Source: Mytilus edulis (lineage: Eukaryota). From it: DNA of 64,000 bases. Below are positions 59,701 to 64,000 of this stretch, in pieces. The notes under the pieces are model-generated. The model was not told where the DNA came from. It ran no database searches and saw only the letters and a program-made list of their open reading frames with translations. The DNA lies in contig NC_092352.1 of the NCBI RefSeq assembly GCF_963676685.1, positions 1,922,001 through 1,986,000 on the forward strand, read 5' to 3'. Numbering within the stretch: the first letter of the stretch is position 1; every line of letters starts with the position of its first letter. The translations under genes were made by a program, and so were the position numbers.

Positions 59701-61223
59701 CTACTTTATGCTGATGACACAGTCATTATGTCAGAGAATAGAGACGATCTTCAAAATCAATTGGATATATTTAGTGAATACTGTGATATTTGGAAATTAA
59801 AAGTTAATGTGGCAAAAACAAAAGTTATGATATTCTCAAAGGGAAGACCTCCTAGTAACGTACATTTCTTGTACAAAGGAAACAAACTAGACATAGTAAA
59901 CGAGTTCAATTATTTGGGTATAAATCTTGCCAGGACAGGACCATTTACAAAAGCAAAGAAAAAGATTGCAGAAAAAGCAACGAAAGCCATGTATGGCGTC
60001 ATACAAAAAAGCCGTTTATTTAACCTTTCAATAAAATGCCAACTTGATCTGTTCGACAAAATAGTTAAACCCATACTTCTGTATGGATGTGAAGTTTGGG
60101 GATCTGAGAAAAATTATGTTATCGAACAAGTTCACCTGAAATTTCTAAAACATATATTGCACTTGAAAAAATCAACACCAAGCATAATTGTGTATGGTGA
60201 AACAGGCAGATACCCACTTGACATCAACATAAAATGCCGAACTATTTCGTTCTGGTGCAAACTATGTTCAGACGAAAACAAACTGTCTTCATTAATTTAC
60301 AAGACTGCATATTACCAACATTGTGTGAAAAATCAAAGCATCAAATGGATCAAATATGTTCAAAATATTCTTAACATGAGCGGGTTTTCAAATGTTTTTC
60401 AACAACAAAATGGACATTTCTCAAAGTGGCTAAATCAGAGCATCAAAATGAGGCTAATCGACCAATACAAGCAGACGTGGTATTCTTCAGTACAAGACTC
60501 ACCAAAATGCATTAACTATAGACTGTTTAAAAAGACATTGGAGTTTGAGAACTACTTGAATATTCTTGAAGATAAACATTTGTTTACATTATGTAAATTC
60601 AGAGCAGGTAACCATGCGTTACCTATAGAAAAGGGAAGATGGCAAAACATTGCCCGAAATGAAAGAACATGTTCGTTGTGTAGTTCCGGTGAGATAGGCG
60701 ACGAATTTCATTATTTGTTTTGCTGTTCGCATTTGAAGAACGAAAGACAATTAAATCTACAAATTAAGTTTTCAAATAATCCAAATATAATTTCATTTTG
60801 CTCATTATTTAATAGTAAAAAACAATCTGTCTTAAGGAAACTATGTTTATTTATTAAGTATATGTCATTTTGAAGAAAGAAAAACTGTTTTTCAAATTTT
60901 ATCCACTGAAAATCTTTGGACAACCCAGGAATTATTTTGATATGATCTTTTAAAGATGTCCTTCGAAAAATGCCTAACCCACCATAGTATCTTCCATTGG
61001 TTGAAATATTTCTACAAACAGGAAAATAATTAAAACCTTCAACATGTAAGTTAACATCATATCCAATATGTGTTTCTGCTAAAATAACCACATCATACTC
61101 TTTTATTTCTTGTACAAAAAGGTGATCTTCTAACTTATTCATATTATGTGTATTTATACCACCAATGTTCCAGTAACATATTTTCAAATTGTTCTTAACA
61201 ATAGAACGACCATGTTTAGCCAT
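56738..61223 (-). pseudogene. RTE-X ORF2 (APE + RT + Cys/His tail); frameshifted and partly replaced
   Basis: Motifs: YWNIGG, LAETH, STVDY, SDCH, NYRGITI, VDFRKAFDSV, GVRQGDNLSP, LMYADD, KLRISAHKLQIEVGR, RICKKC and EDEIHFLTNC. Confidence 0.9.
59587..60860 (+). pseudogene. Inverted internal RT fragment of a different RTE-X family
   Basis: Motifs: LLYADD, KPILLYGCEVWG, GETGRYPL, FRAGNHALPIEKGRW and RTCSLC...GDEFHYLFCC. It has no 5' part and no 3' tail. Confidence 0.88.
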
Positions 61224-61580
61224 ATTTAAAAATCTAAATTAGACACCAAATTCACTTGTTTCCAGTAATGTTTCTTAATTGGTAACAAAATAGGCTACTA
61301 ATAATGAGCAACAAAAACTTTGAAAAATAAAATAAACAACAAAAAAACAAAAAATGAATTAGTCTCAGAGACAAATTGGCTACTTGCCAGAAAAAGAAAA
61401 AAAAAGTTACCACTTGTAACTAACTACCTTTTATCAGCTTTTAATTTTCCAAAGATATACAGATAACACTTGAACAAATATAGATCAATTAGCTGGCTAT
61501 TATCTGAGTTAATCAAATACCTTGCTGATTATATTATAGGAAAAAATAAAAAGATAGTACAATAAGTATATTTTCATGGT

Positions 61581-63594
61581 TTACCCTGTTCTTTTGAACT
61601 TGACCCTATTTTGCTCATTATGATCATGATAATTATTAGATGATTGGCGATGTTGTGGCCGATACTGTTGACGAGCACGGTCAGTGGATCTGGAATATCT
61701 GTTGTTCCTTTGTTGTACCTTAATACCTAAGACAGTATGTAATGCATTCTTAATGTTAGAAGCCAACATTGATGTTCCCCTCTCTGACAAGTGAAATTTA
61801 TCTTCATTTAAGAGTTGTTGTATTGAGACTTGCCCATGCCACATGTTTGAGTTGTCAGAAACATATACATCTTTATTGTCTAGATATCTTCGTTTTACTA
61901 GTCCATCAATGATTTCTGAATTAAGACGATGTAAGCGATTATCAAGGCGGGGAGTAGTTAGTGACACTATGGTTTTAGCTTCTTTCCATTTGCTAGAAAT
62001 TGATTCTACTACCATTTGTAGCTTGTCCATGCATTCATTTGGGTTGTTGTTTTTAACGTCGTTAGTTAGTGAATGTATGATAACAACATCAGGGCTACAC
62101 TGTGCGGTTGAGATTACCTCGTATGCTTCATCTAAAGTATATGCTGTAGTTTTCGTTATATCCACTGCCGTTGATAGTTTGTTTTCATTAATCCTATCAG
62201 TGTTTGATGTGCCAATAAATAGAGCTGTAGGTTTGTTAGATTTGCCTTCATTGTTGAAGGACCCATTAGCAAAATGCTGCTCATTTTGTTGCTGTGTAGG
62301 TAAATACATGCTCGATAGCTGTGATTTGAGAGATAATACTTCATTAAATTGAGAGTCAGTTTTCTCTTTTAAAAGTTTGTTTTCTTCACTAATTTTCACC
62401 ATTTCACTACATTTGGTGTTCAATTTGACCTTGAGATCATCATTAATATCATTGATATCCTCCATTTTCTGGTCCATTCTAGTATTAACTATTTCAAATT
62501 TATTATTTTCAATGCGAAATTTGGAATCAAACTCAGCGTAATCTGTTGCAGCTTTGTGTTTGCCCATAGAAAGGTTATGGACTTGGTTTTCGAGTTCTAC
62601 AATGCGATGTTCTAGTTTATTGAATTGTTTTTCCATGTTGCTGTGTTCCTTTATATTACACGTAGAGGCATTATGCAAAATTGTATCTGATTGATGTTTG
62701 TTATTAACCTGTTCTTGTAGTTTTTTAACTGTTTCTACAACTGGTGTAATTGCTGATCTTATTACATCGGAAAAGCTTTTTTCTGCTTGCACTATAAGTG
62801 CCGTTTTAGATTTGGTGATACCAGCTAAAGCTTCAACAAAAGTAGACTGAAGCCTATCTAAATCTTCATATCCGATAGAAATCTTAGCCTGTGTGGCTAT
62901 TGTAGTTTCTGTACATGTATTAGAAGTGGGAACATTTGCTTGAATGCTTGTATGTGAGTTGTTATTGTTATCTGTTAATGTATTGTCTACAGAACTAGCA
63001 TTTGAGTTAAAAACTGATTTTACACTTGTAGATTCTTCGATTGAGTTCTTGTCTGAAGATTTACATGTAGAATCAACATCTGTGTTGACTATCAATGATG
63101 GATTGTGTAAACAAATACAATTGACTAGTGTTATCAATGTTGGGAAGTCCCTTGTGGTGAATAGGTCTTTGCTAAGTCCTTGAGCTTGCAACACACCAGT
63201 AGTGATAAATAATGTAATTTTATATACAAGTTGTTTATCATTGGTAAGGTTTATACATAGTAGCTTTGTTACTTTCACCCTCCCACTGGTGAGGATCATC
63301 GTACCAGTCAACTTGATACAATTCAGCTTTTTTACCAAAATGTTCATAATATAAGATACCAAGAGCACGTATCCAAGCCTCCAACCTGTTTCTCTTAATT
63401 CTACATGCAACCATTCTTGCGGGGGGCTCATAAAGGTTTGGATCAATTATCTCGTATTGTAGTTTCTTGGCTTTTGCACCCGAGTGATTCTTAAATTTTT
63501 CTGGAAGACACCCTCTTGGATAATCCTTAAATATTGGGGTGATTGACTTGTCAATTTCATCCTCGTGTATCTCAAATGGAAATTTATCTGACAT
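61581..63594 (-). pseudogene. RTE-X ORF1: coiled coil + SGNH esterase-like domain (one frameshift near 63250)
   Basis: Motifs LFIGTSN, VIIHSLTND and DKFHLSERG fit GDSL/SGNH blocks. Overlapping ORFs 63238-63594 and 61581-63446 indicate the frameshift. Confidence 0.75.
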
Positions 63595-63768
63595 GCTGAT
63601 TTGTGCGTCGTCTGCAGACGTCTGCAGACGAGGAGTTTGACTTTTTATGTGTAGAAGTAACGCCGAATTGTCACTGGTATTTATCTATATTGACATATTA
63701 ATGCTTATAAAAGGGTAAAACTCTCATTCTTTTCTTGGTCAGTCATCTAAAAGGGCAAAACCACGAGA

Positions 63769-64000
63769 AGAGCCAAATACAATGAAAGTCCCAACTATGT
63801 ACTGGCTTCCGAAGCTACACAAAACACCTTACAAATATAGATTTATTTCGTCTTCAAGCCATTGTTCCACTACTAAATTGTCTATTCTTCTTACTAGCAC
63901 ACTTGGTACAATTAAAAACCTGATAATAAATTGTTCAAATAAGGCCTTCGAAAATAGTGGAATTAATTACTTTTGGAGTGTCAAGAACTCGTTGGAAGTA
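63769..64000 (+). pseudogene. Continuation of the second Naiad RT after a 14.8-kb insertion (runs off the window)
   Basis: It translates EPNTMKVPTMYWLPKLHKTPYKYRFISSSSHCSTTKLS...INYFWSVKNSLEV, collinear with LPSLYWIPKLHKCPYKQRYIAGSSKCSTKPLS...VNQMWILKNSKDL. Confidence 0.88.

Larger units (their letters stand above)
48979..63768 (-). mobile_element. Full-length RTE-X-like LINE (decayed) hosting a BEL/Pao element and an inverted RT fragment
   Basis: ORF1 spans 63594-61581 and ORF2 spans 61223-56738. The 3' UTR at 49111-48979 ends aataaatatgttc. The Naiad reading frame flanks both sides. Confidence 0.85.

Noticed and set aside
50453-62352. Many short antisense or overlapping ORFs inside BEL and RTE-X
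   Set aside because: They are shadows of the real opposite-strand ORFs and have no independent motifs. The 59617-60873 RT is the exception and is annotated.

Overview
This is eukaryotic, AT-rich (roughly one-third GC, by eye) genomic DNA, probably from a bivalve mollusc such as Mytilus; that assignment is inferred from repeat style only. One host gene is supported: an RNF216/TRIAD3-like RBR E3 ligase on the minus strand, with 9 in-frame coding exons from 39430 to 25301 and no 3' exons found in the window. Most other identifiable sequence is mobile DNA, often nested. It includes two L1/Tx1 LINEs, a CR1-group fragment, a full-length RTE-X LINE carrying a very young BEL/Pao LTR element, Penelope-like Naiad elements, and Helentron-, piggyBac-, Academ- and hAT-like non-autonomous elements. 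Two systems stand out. (1) An apparently intact, three-exon Crypton tyrosine-recombinase transposon (5810-11430). It and two non-autonomous families share a terminal hairpin with strand-specific tandem GA/GA mismatches, and the base of that hairpin is completed only when the two element ends are joined. This resembles an integron attC folded-ssDNA recombination site (hypothesis). (2) A Naiad family with an in-frame TGA where a sister element has Cys, plus a SECIS-shaped hairpin in a Naiad-type 3' UTR, suggesting a selenoprotein retrotransposon.
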